The position numbers and the translations under genes were made by a program. From Eledone cirrhosa (taxonomy: Eukaryota): a stretch of DNA of 64,000 nt. Location of the stretch: contig OZ024747.1 of assembly GCA_964016885.1 (NCBI GenBank), forward strand, positions 14,570,001 through 14,634,000. The letters run 5' to 3'. Positions 1 through 14,350 of the stretch are shown here, piece after piece. Position 1 is the first letter of the stretch. Every line of letters starts with the position of its first letter. The notes beneath the pieces were generated by a model. The model worked only from the letters and a program-made list of their open reading frames with translations. It did not search any database and was not told where the DNA came from.

Positions 1-700
<700 letters not shown>

Positions 701-787
<87 letters not shown>
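701..787. repeat. (TTA)n microsatellite / LINE tail
   Basis: Perfect TTA run. Confidence 0.95.
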
Positions 788-1723
788 CTTCTATATACAT
801 TGCAAGTAAATTAGTTTCGAATTTGTTGCTATAGTAGTAGTTAACCTGTTGAGTCTAGGAACCCCATCCCCAACCATTCCTCCTTCGTAGTAATTATGCT
901 TTTATTCTGTTTGTTGTCCTGTGGTGTTTGAATATTATAAATCTTTTATATAGATTCGATGTAGTCTTCTGAATTGCTAGTCATCGTAGGACAGATTCAT
1001 CGATTTTATAAGCAACTTTTATTTCGTAGCATCGGTAAACTTTATGGATGGACTCATCTGTTATTTGCGCTGTGATCATCGATTATCTTTCCTTTGTACG
1101 ATCTTCCATTATATAATTGTGATGTCAAAGTTCAGCTCCGAGTAACATTATTTTATAAGAATTGTTCTATTGTTCTAAAGTGTTTCATTAGAAGCACATA
1201 CTTAAAACAAGCTTTTCTAAGTGTATTTTATAACTATGGGATTATGAAATAACAATAAGGTTCTATTAGCTACTAAGATAATAAGATTTGTTCATGGCGG
1301 GCAAATGTTCATTATTTTTATTGTCTATTTAGATAATGATATGGATGTATGCAGGCGAGCATGCATACATGTATGTTGCACATCTGTCTATGTGTGTGTG
1401 TGTGTGTTGTGTGTGTGTGTATGTGAATGTGTGTCTGTGTGTGTGTGCGCGCGTGTGTGTATGTATATATATATATACGGAGAGAAAGAAGAACGTGGTG
1501 TGCGTACATATTTCCAATACAGAGAGCGATAGCACACACTTATATACATATGTATGTATGTGTATATGTGTTTATATATATATATATATGTATAAATATA
1601 TACATGTGTGTGTGTGTATGTGTAAATGTGTGTGTGAGCATGTTTATGAGATGGAAGAGTTTGTAATTTTGCAGTTGATCTAAATCATCGCATTGAAATA
1701 GAACGCCTATAATCACACAAACA

Positions 1724-1791
<68 letters not shown>

Positions 1792-1810
1792 CATACCTAC
1801 ACATATATTA

Positions 1811-1986
1811 TAATTGTTTCTACTTTTGGCACAAGGCCAGCAATTATCCCAGTGCATTACTATTACTTTATTTTATCGACCCAGTAAGGATGAAAGGCAA
1901 AGTTAACCTCGGCGGAATTTGAACTCAGATCATAAAGGGCCGTAACTCTATGCTGCAAAGCATGGCGTCCAACCCTCCACCGATAT
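1811..1986 (-). mobile_element. tRNA-derived SINE family A (~190 bp, Deu/Nin-like central domain)
   Basis: Reverse complement of the window consensus GGCGGTGGATTGGCAG...GAGTTCAAATCCC (B-box)...CTTTGCCTTTCATCCTTACGGGGTCGATAAAATAAAGTACCAG...GTAGAAACAATT. Confidence 0.85.
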
Positions 1987-2409
1987 TATAATGAAAACAC
2001 ATCTGCGCTCCAGCCTGAGAATTTTTATTTAGTCTTTTCCTATTTCCTAATGAGTTCTCTATGATTGGCTTTGAACAGTAGTATACATAAAACTATGTCT
2101 ATATTAATATTTTAAGGCCTTAATTACCCTATCACTGGTATGAGAATGGTCGTACTATTGGCGTATTGTTTACATGCTTAACTGTGGTCGTAAAGTTTTA
2201 TGGGACTGGTAAGAAAATCACGGATTTTCTGATCAGTATATTTTAACGGATGAAACATTGCAGTTATTATAACGTATATCATGTCGTATCTGAATGATAA
2301 TTTTGATGTATATACTAATATTAACAAGTCGTGAATTATTCACGCTGTATTGAATGGAATTTTATAAATAACTATAACGTTATCAACTAATGCAATCCTA
2401 CGTAGGTTT

Positions 2410-2890
2410 GATGCATGTAAGGGTAAAGAACTCTGCGGTCATGAATGACCATAGGATTTGCCCCTTGAAAGTTCCCCATCGAGGCACAAGTCCGGACAAG
2501 GTTGTTTGTGGAAGACTAGCAGTCACCCATGCACACCAGTTTCCTCTCTCCACGCCACCGATGTTGTCCAAGGGAAAGGTAATGGCTGATACAGCTTAGC
2601 ACCAGTGACGTCGTAACCCCACTGAGTCACAAGTCAAGGCAAGGTTATTGGTGGAAGATCAGCAGTCACTCATGCATACCAGTCTCACTTCTCCACCCCA
2701 CCGATGTTGTCCAAGGGAAAGGCAATGGCTGATGCAGCTTGGCACCAGTGACGTCAAAACTAGTTTCTACAGCTGTATGAACTCGAGCAACGTGAAATAA
2801 AGTGTTTCGCTCAAGAACACAACGCAAAGCACGATCCGAGAATCGAACTCATAACCTCATTATTGTAAGCCCGGCTCTCTAACTACTAAG
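2410..2890 (-). mobile_element. tRNA-derived SINE group B with internal ~135-bp tandem duplication
   Basis: Minus-strand tRNA-like head (GGTTATGAGTTCGATTCTC, B-box) and conserved GCAACGTGAAATAAAGTGT..GCTCAAGAACACAAC block; ~2482-2614 is repeated at ~2625-2755. Confidence 0.75.
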
Positions 2891-3529
2891 TGAGGGTGTG
2901 TGTATATCAGAGTGTGTGAGTATGTCAGAGTGTGGTAGTATGTCAGAGTATGTGAGTATGTCAGAGTGTGTGAGTGTACAGACACAAAATATACAATGAT
3001 ATTATAACAATCACAGCACTATCCGAAACATTTATGGTCACGTTCCCATAAAAGAAAAATAACATCAGCAGAAGAAAAAAAAAATGACGCGCTATTTACC
3101 AGAGTAAAATAAGTAGAAAGTTAAACACCCGGAGTAAGATTTAAAGCAAAACTTTATGTAATGACCTATATTTATAACAATTTTTTATGCTTTACGTCCA
3201 GGAATCTCAATGAATTTTATATATAATAATGTATGTATATGAGAATGAAGCCCATACATGTATAACAAAGAACATACCTATGTATATATATATATATATA
3301 TAGATATATATATATGTTTGTGTCTGGTTATCTGAGTGTTTGCTTTATGTGTTTAATAATATGCAATTATACACGGTTGCATGCACATATTCTATCAACT
3401 GTATCCCTATGTAACCTATTATACTAATTGAATAGGTAAATGCCTACATATAACACTTGTACATAGAGATAAACAGGTACATACACATAAGACGATCTAT
3501 TTAGCTATCTATCTGTTCATCCATGTGCA

Positions 3530-3696
3530 TATGTATATATATATATATATAACAATATATATATATATATGTGTGTATATATGTGTGTATATATATATAT
3601 ATATATACACCCATAAGCGTATATGATATATATATATATATATATACACATATATATATAAATATATATGTATATATATATATATATGTATGTATG

Positions 3697-3727
<31 letters not shown>

Positions 3728-3783
3728 CCATAAGCGTATATTATATATATATATATACACATATATATATATAAATATATATG

Positions 3784-3850
<67 letters not shown>

Positions 3851-3904
3851 CCATAAGCGTATATGATATATATATATATATATACACATATATATATATA
3901 AATA

Positions 3905-3958
<54 letters not shown>

Positions 3959-4015
3959 AATATATATATATATACATACACACACACATATGTTTATATA
4001 TATATACACACATAT

Positions 4016-4078
<63 letters not shown>
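3530..4078. repeat. (TA)n-based array with ~120-bp higher-order period
   Basis: Non-TA marker CACCCATAAGCGTATA recurs at ~3608, ~3725 and ~3848 inside TA/CA mosaic. Confidence 0.85.
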
Positions 4079-4080
<2 letters not shown>

Positions 4081-4488
4081 TCAGCGGTGTGTGCATGCTT
4101 ATGTGGTTGAGAGTGTGCGCGTATGCATTCGAGTTAGTTGGTTCTGCCAATAATAATGAGGCATATTCCGGTATACGTGAAGAGTCAACTTTTTATCCCT
4201 GATCACAGCCACCTTTAAAAGGTAGCAAGGAGATTTACTAAAAACCATCTGTCATTTGTCAACACCTGACGATTAACACGAAGATCCGCTTTCATTCTTT
4301 GCTTAATATTTTTTTTTTAACAATTTGGTGAATTAAATATGTTTGCCGTTTTTTCTGTTGTTGCATTTTTTTTGGCATATATTCAGTCATAAATCACACA
4401 TACATGTAAAAATGTAAATATGTATTTACATATGTCCCAATACATAAATACATTTACATATATGTATGTGCCTGTACAACTGTACGAT

Positions 4489-4520
<32 letters not shown>

Positions 4521-4524
<4 letters not shown>

Positions 4525-4719
4525 AACAAATAAGTCCCCGACGGCTGCGCTCAAGCCGTTTCGACGGCTAATTCTGGACTGCAGTCCAGAATTATCCGTC
4601 GAAACGGCTTGAGCTCAGCCGTCGGGGTCTTACTTGTTCCTATTACCCACTCTACTACCCTAAGTATTGAGTACTTTGGTGCGTTATGGTCCACCTGGTT
4701 CCTTACCACATTTCCTTCG

Positions 4720-4721
<2 letters not shown>
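4521..4721 (+). mobile_element. Hairpin element family X, copy 1 (Penelope-like-derived; 3' half of a hammerhead)
   Basis: Palindrome 4521-4643 plus 78-nt tail, in (TA)n; GAAA (4601) + stem III ACGGCT/AGCCGT + GTC (4621-4623); same element at 8495 and 23436. Confidence 0.8.
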
Positions 4722-4766
<45 letters not shown>

Positions 4767-4784
4767 TATATAAATATTTATATA

Positions 4785-4896
4785 CTAATAACAATAAATT
4801 TGAAGACTAAATCCAAAGAGGGCTCGATAAGGATAAATATATATCAAATATATAAGAACCGTAGAGCAAATATTTAAGCTTTAATCTGTTATTTTA

Positions 4897-4900
<4 letters not shown>
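4785..4900 (-). mobile_element. Family Y short copy (tail + short inverted arm)
   Basis: Matches both termini of the 57461-59197 element (GAAGAC..ATCCAAAGAGGGCTCGATAAGG.. and CTTTAATCTGTTATTTTAATAAATA); flanked by (TA)n. Confidence 0.85.
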
Positions 4901-4955
<55 letters not shown>

Positions 4956-4972
4956 AATATATATATAAATAT

Positions 4973-5342
4973 ATATTATTCAAAATGTTAACAAATGAAA
5001 AATATTCACATAATCAAAATATATACTTTATTATATATATTTCAAAGGTACTGTGCTGTGTTTTTCAGTACGTCCTCATCAGACAAAATATATGATTTGA
5101 TATATGACATATCGCTACGGTCTTGATTATTCAATTCTCGTCCTGGCAGATGAAGATGTACTGAAAAAAACAGCACAGTACCTTTGAAATATATATAATA
5201 AAGTATATATTCTGATTATGCGAATATTTGTCATTTGTTAACATTTTGAATAATATTAAAAACACCAGGAAAACTAACTGTTGAGTGCTTCTATTGTAAA
5301 ACTGTATTCGTTGAGTAATTAACAAACCATATTAATCTTTGG

Positions 5343-5343
<1 letters not shown>
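4973..5343 (+). mobile_element. Family Z inverted-repeat + tail element with partial HHR fold
   Basis: Inverted arms ~4973-5082 and ~5147-5256, then an ~85-nt tail into (TA)n; arm reads CTGATGA (CAGATGA in the other arm)..GTACTG/CAGTAC stem..GAAA-ATATATA/TATATAT stem; stem I not evident. Confidence 0.65.
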
Positions 5344-6250
<907 letters not shown>

Positions 6251-7056
6251 ATATAATAATACATACAAACATATATCTGTCAGCATGTATGATTCTGATG
6301 AGCATTTTACTGTTTGTTGCCAGCCAATTATTGCCTCGTTCCTTCGGGCATTCTCAATAATTGATACCATAAACATTATCTAATTTGTAATGTAGCATAC
6401 TTATACGTTTTTTGTTTGTGTGTGTCTGTTTTTTAATACATCTATATTGACAGTAAATGGTATATACTTGTTATTATAGTTGTTGATGTCAATGTTGTTT
6501 CTTTAGCGAATTTCAGACATTTTATTTCTTTTTCAGTTTCTTTCCTTTTCTTTCTTCTTTCTCTCATCATCCTCTTTTCCTTTCTTCATCAACTCTTTTA
6601 GTTATTCATTCAGTTATTCTCTCTTTCTTTCCATCCCATCAGCTATTATATGTTCTTTAATATTTTATCAGTAAATGTTGATTCAAGTTTGTCTGTGATG
6701 TACTTACTTGCTAATGAAGTTGGTTACTTGCAATTTACCTCCCTTTTTACTCTCTGTTTGAATAATATATATAGATTTTATTTCTTATTCATTAATCTTA
6801 CTTCTTTTTTACATTGTCAAATATCCTTTCGGCGTAATATTTAGGCAAATTATTCCCAGTTAATAGTAATAACAACAACAACAACAACAACAGCAACAAC
6901 AACAACAACAACTACTACTACAACAATGATAGTAATAATAAGGTGAAGAAGAAGAAGAATAGTAATGACAATTACCGTATATATATTTTTTTATACATAA
7001 ATTACACACATATACAATTACATATATATATATACACAAATACACGTGTATATACA

Positions 7057-7219
<163 letters not shown>

Positions 7220-7423
7220 GTGTGTGTGTGTGTGTATATATATGTGTGTGTGTGTTTGTATGTGAATAAATCTGGACTCCGAAAAATTGATGTTTTTGTT
7301 TTATTTTAGTATTATTTTTTATTTATATTCTCCAATAATCATGGTTTATATAAATACCCAACTATTACATTGTTAACGAGTAACATTTTAAGTACAAGTA
7401 ATGTCTATATTTGCAGCGAGAGA

Positions 7424-7686
7424 TCTTATGGGGAGAATGCGCTGGCAATATGTTAGATAACTCAATATCATTATCAATAACGTGAAGTTGGGTTGCTCAT
7501 GTTGAGCTCTTCTGCTTACGGCCGAGAGTTCTTATGCAGACAATATGCCGGCAATATGATAGGTAACTCAATATCATTTTTTATGAATGGCTCAGATTGA
7601 GCTGTTCTGCTTACAATCAAGGGGTCTTATGAGGACAATACGCCGGCAATATGTTAGGTAACTCAATATCATTATCATGGGTGGCT
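7424..7686 (+). repeat. ~100-bp minisatellite, about 2.6 diverged units, interrupted by a SINE
   Basis: TCTTATG..GCCGGCAATATG.TAGGTAACTCAATATCATT..GAGCT.TTCTGCTTAC units start at ~7424, ~7530 and ~7626. Confidence 0.85.
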
Positions 7687-7689
7687 AAG

Positions 7690-7882
7690 GGCGGTGAATT
7701 GGCAGTATCAGTAGAGGGTCGGACGTGTCATGCTTTCTAGCATAGTTACGTCCCTTTACGGTCTGAGTTCAAATTCCGTTGTGGTTAACTTTGCCTTTCA
7801 TCCTTACGGGGTCGATAAAATAAAGTACCTGTAATGCACTGAGATAATTGCTGGCCTTGTGCCCAAAGTAGAAACAAATATT
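7690..7882 (+). mobile_element. SINE family A, full length
   Basis: GGCGGTGAATTGGCAGTATC...GAGTTCAAATTCC...GTAGAAACAAATATT. Confidence 0.9.
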
Positions 7883-7883
7883 A

Positions 7884-7962
7884 ATTGTTTCTACCTTTGC
7901 CACAAGGCCAGCAATTACCCAGTGCATTACGTCCGACCCTCTACCGATACTGCCAATCCACC
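7884..7962 (-). mobile_element. SINE family A, internally deleted, tail-to-tail with the previous copy
   Basis: 3' end (AATTGTTTCTAC..CAGTGCATTAC) joined directly to the 5' head (GTCCGACCCTCTACCGATACTGCCAATCCACC). Confidence 0.8.
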
Positions 7963-8323
7963 TATTAATGTTGCAATGACAAGTGAATTAGGATGTCAAC
8001 GTATCACATAAACGTATAGCCAATGAAAGAAACCTTTGATAACGTAGTCGTACATGCACAATTAATTAACATGTGGATCATGGGGCCTGTTCAATCAAAG
8101 CTGCTTTGTTGTCACATGTTTCCAAAGGAACACACACACACACACACACACACGCACGCGCGCGCACACATCAACACCCTCACGCACGCAGACACACACA
8201 GACACACACACACGCACGCACACACACACACACGCACACACACACACACACACACACATACAGACCCCCCCCTCACGCACGCACACACACACACACGCAC
8301 ACACGCATACACATATATATATA

Positions 8324-8464
8324 GTAATAATAATAAATGTGAAGACTAGAATCCGAAGAGGGCTCGATAAGGATAAATATATATCAAATATATAAAAACC
8401 ATAGAATTTCAGAAGATCCCGTTTAGGATTTTAAGGGATTCTTTGCTTAAACTTTAATCTGTTA

Positions 8465-8470
<6 letters not shown>
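8324..8470 (-). mobile_element. Family Y short copy
   Basis: Tail of the 57461 element followed by inverted arm piece TTTCAGAAGATCCCGT..GATTCTTTGCTTAAACTTTAATCTGTTATTTTAA. Confidence 0.85.
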
Positions 8471-8494
<24 letters not shown>

Positions 8495-8496
<2 letters not shown>

Positions 8497-8674
8497 GGAA
8501 CGAGTAGGACCCCGACGGCTGAGCTCAAGCCGTTTCGACGGCTAATTAGCCGTCGAAACGGCTTGAGCTCAGCCGTCGGGGTCCTACCCGTTCCTATTAC
8601 CCACTCTACTACCCTAAGTATTGAGTACTTTGGTGCGTTATGGTCCATCTGGTTCCTTACCACATTTCCTTCGT

Positions 8675-8675
<1 letters not shown>
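8495..8675 (+). mobile_element. Hairpin element family X, copy 2
   Basis: Palindrome 8495-8597 centred on CGGCTAATTAGCCG plus the same tail as copy 1; in (TA)n. Confidence 0.85.
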
Positions 8676-8725
<50 letters not shown>

Positions 8726-8796
8726 ATGCATGTGTATATATGGGGGTGTATGAGTGTGTTTGTGTGATGTGTGTGTGCGTGCATATGTGTGAACAC

Positions 8797-8920
8797 GCGT
8801 GGCTTAAGTTTTAAGGTATTCAGCTCACAATCGTAAGTCAAGATTTCGATTAATGGCGGCGGGCTGTGTACTTGAAACAAGACGCTATATTTAACGTTGC
8901 TCCAGTTCACTTAGTTTCCT
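8797..8920 (+). mobile_element. Old group-B SINE head
   Basis: GCGTGGCTTAAG...TTCGATT...TGTGTACTTGAAACAAGACGCTATATTTAACGTTGCTCCAGTTCACT resembles the 2410-2890 family. Confidence 0.6.
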
Positions 8921-9179
8921 GAATGAACTGTCGCAGTATTCACAAGGCCAGGCTCGCCAATATTGGGTAATGCTGAATCTCCCTTTGGAATATACAGCCT
9001 CTTGTATATTAATATCATGGACAGGATATCTCGTTGATTCTAAACACAGGAGAATAACAGAGAGGGTGTCGTTCTAAAAAAAGTGGATAAGTCTCGGGTA
9101 GTGGACAGTGATGCCGCGTCTTCCAATAATTAGCAGGCTCTTGATCATACTTGACACATGTACAATTTGTAGTTGACAT

Positions 9180-9221
<42 letters not shown>

Positions 9222-9430
9222 GTTGTGTGGGAAGAGTGGAATGGAAAGCGTAGGGTGTGTGTATGAAGATGATGTTATAGATGATGATAATGATGATGAT
9301 GATGATGAGGATAATGATGACCATAACGATGATAAAGACGATGACAGTGATGAAGATATTCATGATGAAAGCATAGCTGGTGACGGAGGTGGTGGTGGCG
9401 GTTGACGACGACAACAACGTTGATGATGAT
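9180..9430. repeat. Degenerate (GAT)n/(GGT)n trinucleotide region
   Basis: Direct inspection. Confidence 0.85.
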
Positions 9431-10368
9431 ACTTATTAGTTATTTCAGATAGATTATTATGCTTATCAAATTCATATATGATAAAGCTAATGAATTTCTC
9501 TATATTGGAATATTTATATTATTACAAATCATAATTTTCTTATATGATGCTTCATTGATATTTATTAATTATAGTTTTTGACTACTTTCACAATTAAGTG
9601 TGAAATGAAGGAGTGGTGAATGAGTAGAACTATATTTTAATTTAACAAGAATTATTAGTAATACTTTTATTTACTGAAATTCAATAATCATTTAAATAAC
9701 GCACGAGGAGAAACTTTAAATTATATAAGATTTCATTAAGCGATGGTTTATTAAAATTTTGTATAGTCAGTAATAAGTTGTACACTAGCGTATATATAAG
9801 TTAGAATATATAAATATTCTACAATGACAACACAATAGATAAAAGTTGATATATTGGTTTACAAACGTAAGATATTGGACATTGTCATAATTAGGAACAT
9901 ACTAGAAAATAATCATCTAAAAGTGCATTTAATTTGATTTGTTGGGGGGAAGGACTGGGCTTCGAAAACTGGAAGAAGTGATAGACTTTCACACCGGAGA
10001 CCTGGTGAGGTATTACATGTCAGTCATGTGGCGACAGCTGAGGTGGAACTCACTCTGTTAACAAATATCACAAATTATCCCATCCAATGTTTTGATGATT
10101 CTGCGCGGCCATTGCCTGAGGTTGCTACTTTATCAACCCTGGAAGGATGAAAAGCAAAGATAACTTCACTAGTACTTGAAATCAGAATGCAAGCAGCTGA
10201 AATATATACAATCAATGACGCCGGTAGTAATCTAACGACTTTGCGAATCGCTACAAATAAAATAAGTATGCTGTAGAAAGAATCCAATAATTAGTCACTC
10301 CATATTAGTCAATACTGACGATATTAGCAGAATGTATTTCATTTTTTATTCCAAGATTAGTATGACAA

Positions 10369-10681
10369 AGAGTCGCACCAGGTAGAGCCACCACTTCTTC
10401 GAATTGAGAGATCACAGCTCGAGTACTAAGGACATGCAGTTAGAATGATTCAGGAAAGAATCTCTGGACATATTTCCCGGGCAAAACTAGGCGATAGAAG
10501 ACCCAGGAGTAGACCCCGTACAAGATTGTTGGATAACATCCATGAGCCCGACTGGTCTTACTTAGGGATTCAGCCGGATCAACTGGAAAAGGTTACTTCT
10601 GACAGGACCCGCTAGAAGGAGTACTTGAGGTCTCTGCTCCCACAACCCTCGCAAGATTAGGTGGGCAAAGAAGAAGAAGAA
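10369..10681 (+). mobile_element. RTE-clade (Expander/Rex3-like) LINE 3' end, decayed
   Basis: Translates QVEPPLLRIERSQLEY*GHAVRM..RRPRSRPRTRLLDNI..LGIQPDQL..LRSLLPQP, the typical RTE C-terminus, and ends in (GAA)n. Confidence 0.85.
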
Positions 10682-10976
10682 TTTTAGGACACAGTTATAT
10701 TAACATCTAACATTTACATACAGGTTTGAATATAGGTTTGAATGTATTAGTAACTTTAGATAAATAGCTATTTAGAATTTAGAGAAATACCAACTTATAG
10801 TTATTATTCCGGTCTTAATAATTGGAAAGCGCACTTTCTATTTAGTAACATGACTGATATAGCCATGCATTGTGTGTATGTGTGTATGTATATATATATA
10901 TATATGCACATTTTAAAGAGTTACAGGGGGATGCATATATAAAAATTTCCAAACAAACATGGCGTTTTATTATAAA

Positions 10977-11169
10977 GGCTGGTGGATTGGCAGTATCGGT
11001 AGAGGGTCGGACGCCATGCTATGACGCATAGAGTTACGGTCCTTGCCATTCTGAGTTCAAATCCCGCCGATGTTAACTTTGCCTTTCATCCTTACGGGGT
11101 CGATAAAATAAAGTACCAGTAATGCACTGGTTAATTGCTGGCCTTGTGCCAAAAGTAGAAACAATTATT
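10977..11169 (+). mobile_element. SINE family A, full length
   Basis: Matches window consensus. Confidence 0.9.
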
Positions 11170-11476
11170 TTTGAATATCTGATCAAGCCCGATAAATCAA
11201 GATTTAGGATCAAAAGAACTTTAGTCAAGACCATCATGTTTTTAATAGAGACAGTGTTCCATACATCAGTTTTATATTATATGTTTAGCTAGAATGTTCA
11301 ATCTTACAACATGCTCCCTCATCCAGCTGACCCTATTGAGGATGCTGAATCCTTAGTGTGTATCCAAATGACATTTTACTTACCCCTCCGATTCCTTCTT
11401 TTCACTTAGAGCAATCGGGATGCCTTCTCTACTATATTCATATTGGTATTAACATCGCTTTTACTGCTGAAGACCT

Positions 11477-11590
11477 GTGGATGAGTGGTTAGAGAATTGG
11501 ATTCTCAATCGTGAGTTTGTGAGTTCGATTCCCAGACCAGGCGATGTGTTATGCCCTTTAGCAAAACACATTGTTTCACGTTGCTCCTTC
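11477..11590 (+). mobile_element. Group-B SINE head
   Basis: A-box-like GTGGATGAGTGGTTAG, B-box GAGTTCGATTCCC, then TTTCACGTTGCTCC block. Confidence 0.65.
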
Positions 11591-12692
11591 TACCTCGAGT
11601 TGCGACCGATAGATAGTATTAGCAATTGGAAAGACCAATGGAAACATTGTTTCCTCGGTCCGATTTGACGAAAGTCGGTCGTTCCACTTTTTTATTGCTG
11701 AATCCAGTAATTCTCTGATGGCGATGATGCTGATGGGGACGATGATGATGGCGATGTTGATGACGGTGACGATAAGGATAACAATGATGATGATGATAAT
11801 CATTTTCATCATCATCCATCCCATTTTCTGACTAAGCAGCCTCAGTAAGTGAATTATCTAATGTATCGGATATGGCCGATTGTGTGGTAGAGTGATGATA
11901 TGATGTCTAACCGAGTGTGTAGAATTTGTTTTGTTTTCTTTTTATTCTTTTGGTTGTTGTTTATTTACATTTAGGTTTTCGCTGTATATTTGGAAAAGTT
12001 AATAATTTTCATTATACTTGTCTTGATAAAAAAAACGCATCAAAATTATGTTCATATGCCGCCATATTGTAAAATAGTTTACCTTGCATCTCCTTGCAAA
12101 TGATTAGTTTTAGTAATTGAATTAGTTTTTTATATGTTCAGAAGGATTTACATTTCATGGCGAAGATCTTTCTAGAGACCTATTTGTATGTATTAATATT
12201 AATAAACATAAATAATAAATAAACTACAGATTTATTGATGGGGAGTTCAGGTGCATTTTAATCTGCAACAGCTTTTGCAGTTTTAAGAATTCGTTTAATA
12301 TTATTATCATTATTTATTTAACTTTACTTGTGTTTCATACTAACAATTTCTGGTCGCATTGAAAAGTCTGGAGAGAAATGTGTTTGAGATTCTTAACATG
12401 TTGTTGGTATACGGAACAAAGATTTCACATTTCTTTGTGACTCTAAAATCCATTTAAATTTCGTGGTTTGTTGTTAAGTGTACCATGGGGAAAACATACT
12501 AATTTACTCTGTCTATGATACAAGTTCAATTCTTAGTATAACTGCTTTAACTATGAAAAGTCAAAAACTGTCTTCGTATTCATTTGATAAGCCAGAAAAG
12601 GTGCTTCTCTGTGGTCGCTGGACATGCTAAAGTTAGCTGGCAAATTGCCCTCAAATAGCAGTCAATTCTCTTCACGCACGAAAGACACATTA

Positions 12693-12851
12693 AATAATTG
12701 TTTCTACTTTTGGTACTTTATTTTATCGACCCCGTAAGGATGAAAGGCAAAGTTAACATCGGCAGGATTTGAACTCAGAATGGCAAGGGCCGTAACTCTA
12801 TGCGTCAAAGCATGGCGTCCGAGCCTCTACCGATACTGCCAATCCACCGCC
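12693..12851 (-). mobile_element. SINE family A with 3' internal deletion
   Basis: TTTCTACTTTTGG joins TACTTTATTTTATCGACCCC; head ends AATCCACCGCC. Confidence 0.85.
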
Positions 12852-13849
12852 ATTAAATAATGAAGTCTTAGATTAATTGCCCTCCACTAAAAAGACGTTA
12901 TGGTAGCAGCTTGATGCTTATGATCTCACATATGGTCAATCCAGTCAGTCTTTATGTTTCACCAGCACCCCATCATCACCACCAGCACCCCACCTTCACC
13001 ACCACCACCTCCACAACCACCACCACCTCCACCGTGTTGTTTATACAAACAAATGAATGTCTGATCCTATGAACTTTTTCGGAAAGGCAGAGCTTATGAA
13101 ATGGTCCGAATGAGTACTCTGCTCTGCTAAAGGCACCCAAAATCCAGGTGGTGTTGTCATGTAATGGAGGTAAGCCAACTGACTGTAACCACGATGAAAA
13201 CAAATGTGTTATCTACGTTCTGATTCGAATATCACTGAAGCCTAGTTCGTATTTTAGAATTCCAGGAGTCAATAACATTTATAACGATTACGAAGTATCA
13301 GCAATCAAAATATTTATCTTCTGGAAACTTGCTATGATTCATAAACAAAAGAAATCAATATAGTAAACATGACAAGGTCGAATCAATGAGAGTGGTTGAG
13401 ATGTTTGACTTCTATTTGAGTGCATTCGAGGAGTTAAATAATAGTAACTTCATCTGTAAAACCTTTAATAAATAGGAAGTCTTTAATCGTAAATAATAAG
13501 GATCTTTAATGGTAGGTTATAAGATTCCTAGAACTTATGTTATAAGTTCAAATCCTTGTGAGGTCAACTTTTTTATTATTTCAGCAACTTTAAAATATGT
13601 ACCTGTTATATTTTATGTAGTATTAATATACTTTATCCTTTCTTTACAAACATTATCTCGTGAGTATAGTTAAAGAAATTAATCTCGCCGATATATAACC
13701 TAAGCAGTAAACTGATAGAAAAATATAGCTGCAAACAGAATGAGGTATGTCCCTGAACATAAACACATAACTAACATAGGGAACACAGATATATGAGGGA
13801 AAATATTGCTGATAGCTGGTGTATCAGCGTGAAGACAATAAAAATATTG

Positions 13850-14350
13850 TAAAATTATTCGTGAAATATATGAGAGGAGATAATAAAATAATACTCAGAG
13901 ATAAGGGAATTAAAAGGAAAATAACAAAGAAATGAAAAGATGAAAGAAAAACCAGACAAGAAGAAAGAAGATAAATGATAAAAAAAGATGAAAGAGAGAA
14001 GAATACCAGAAGACAAAGAAGTAGAGAGACAAAGAGAAAATATGATGAAATACAAATGGAGAAAACTGAAGGAGAATACAAGGAGGAATTTGTGAGAAAA
14101 GAAGGAAGGGATAACAAAGAATTGGAAGGGATAAAAAGAATTGAGACTTGAGAAAGAAGAAACTGACAGAGACCAATTGGGAAATATCAGTGGAAATAAA
14201 AACAAAATATAGGAATTAGATGAAAGGTAACAGAGGATAATGGAAAAAAAAACAAAGAAGGCGAAAGAAGAAAAAGAATGAAAATAGAGGAATTATTGTT
14301 GATAAAAAAAAAACTATATTGCAGGAGGATAAAGAATGATTTGATGAAAG
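13850..14350. repeat. Low-complexity polypurine (GA/AAG-rich) tract
   Basis: Strong A/G strand asymmetry; the ORFs here are compositional artefacts. Confidence 0.7.

Noticed and set aside
850-1250. Possible ancient L1/Tx1 fragment on the minus strand (NRIKHNYYEGGM..PRL); similar faint traces at ~35400-35900 and ~40550-40850
   Set aside because: Similarity is too weak to support without a profile search.
7424-7686. CRISPR-like regularly spaced repeats (also 3600-3870)
   Set aside because: Whole units are homologous, there are no unique spacers or cas genes, and the context is eukaryotic; these are minisatellites.
9223-9405. Acidic Asp-rich ORF as a host exon
   Set aside because: Degenerate (GAT)n repeat with no splice or homology support.
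10977-11070. tRNA genes at GAGTTCAAATCCC motifs
   Set aside because: These are SINE heads without a cloverleaf and continue into the SINE body.
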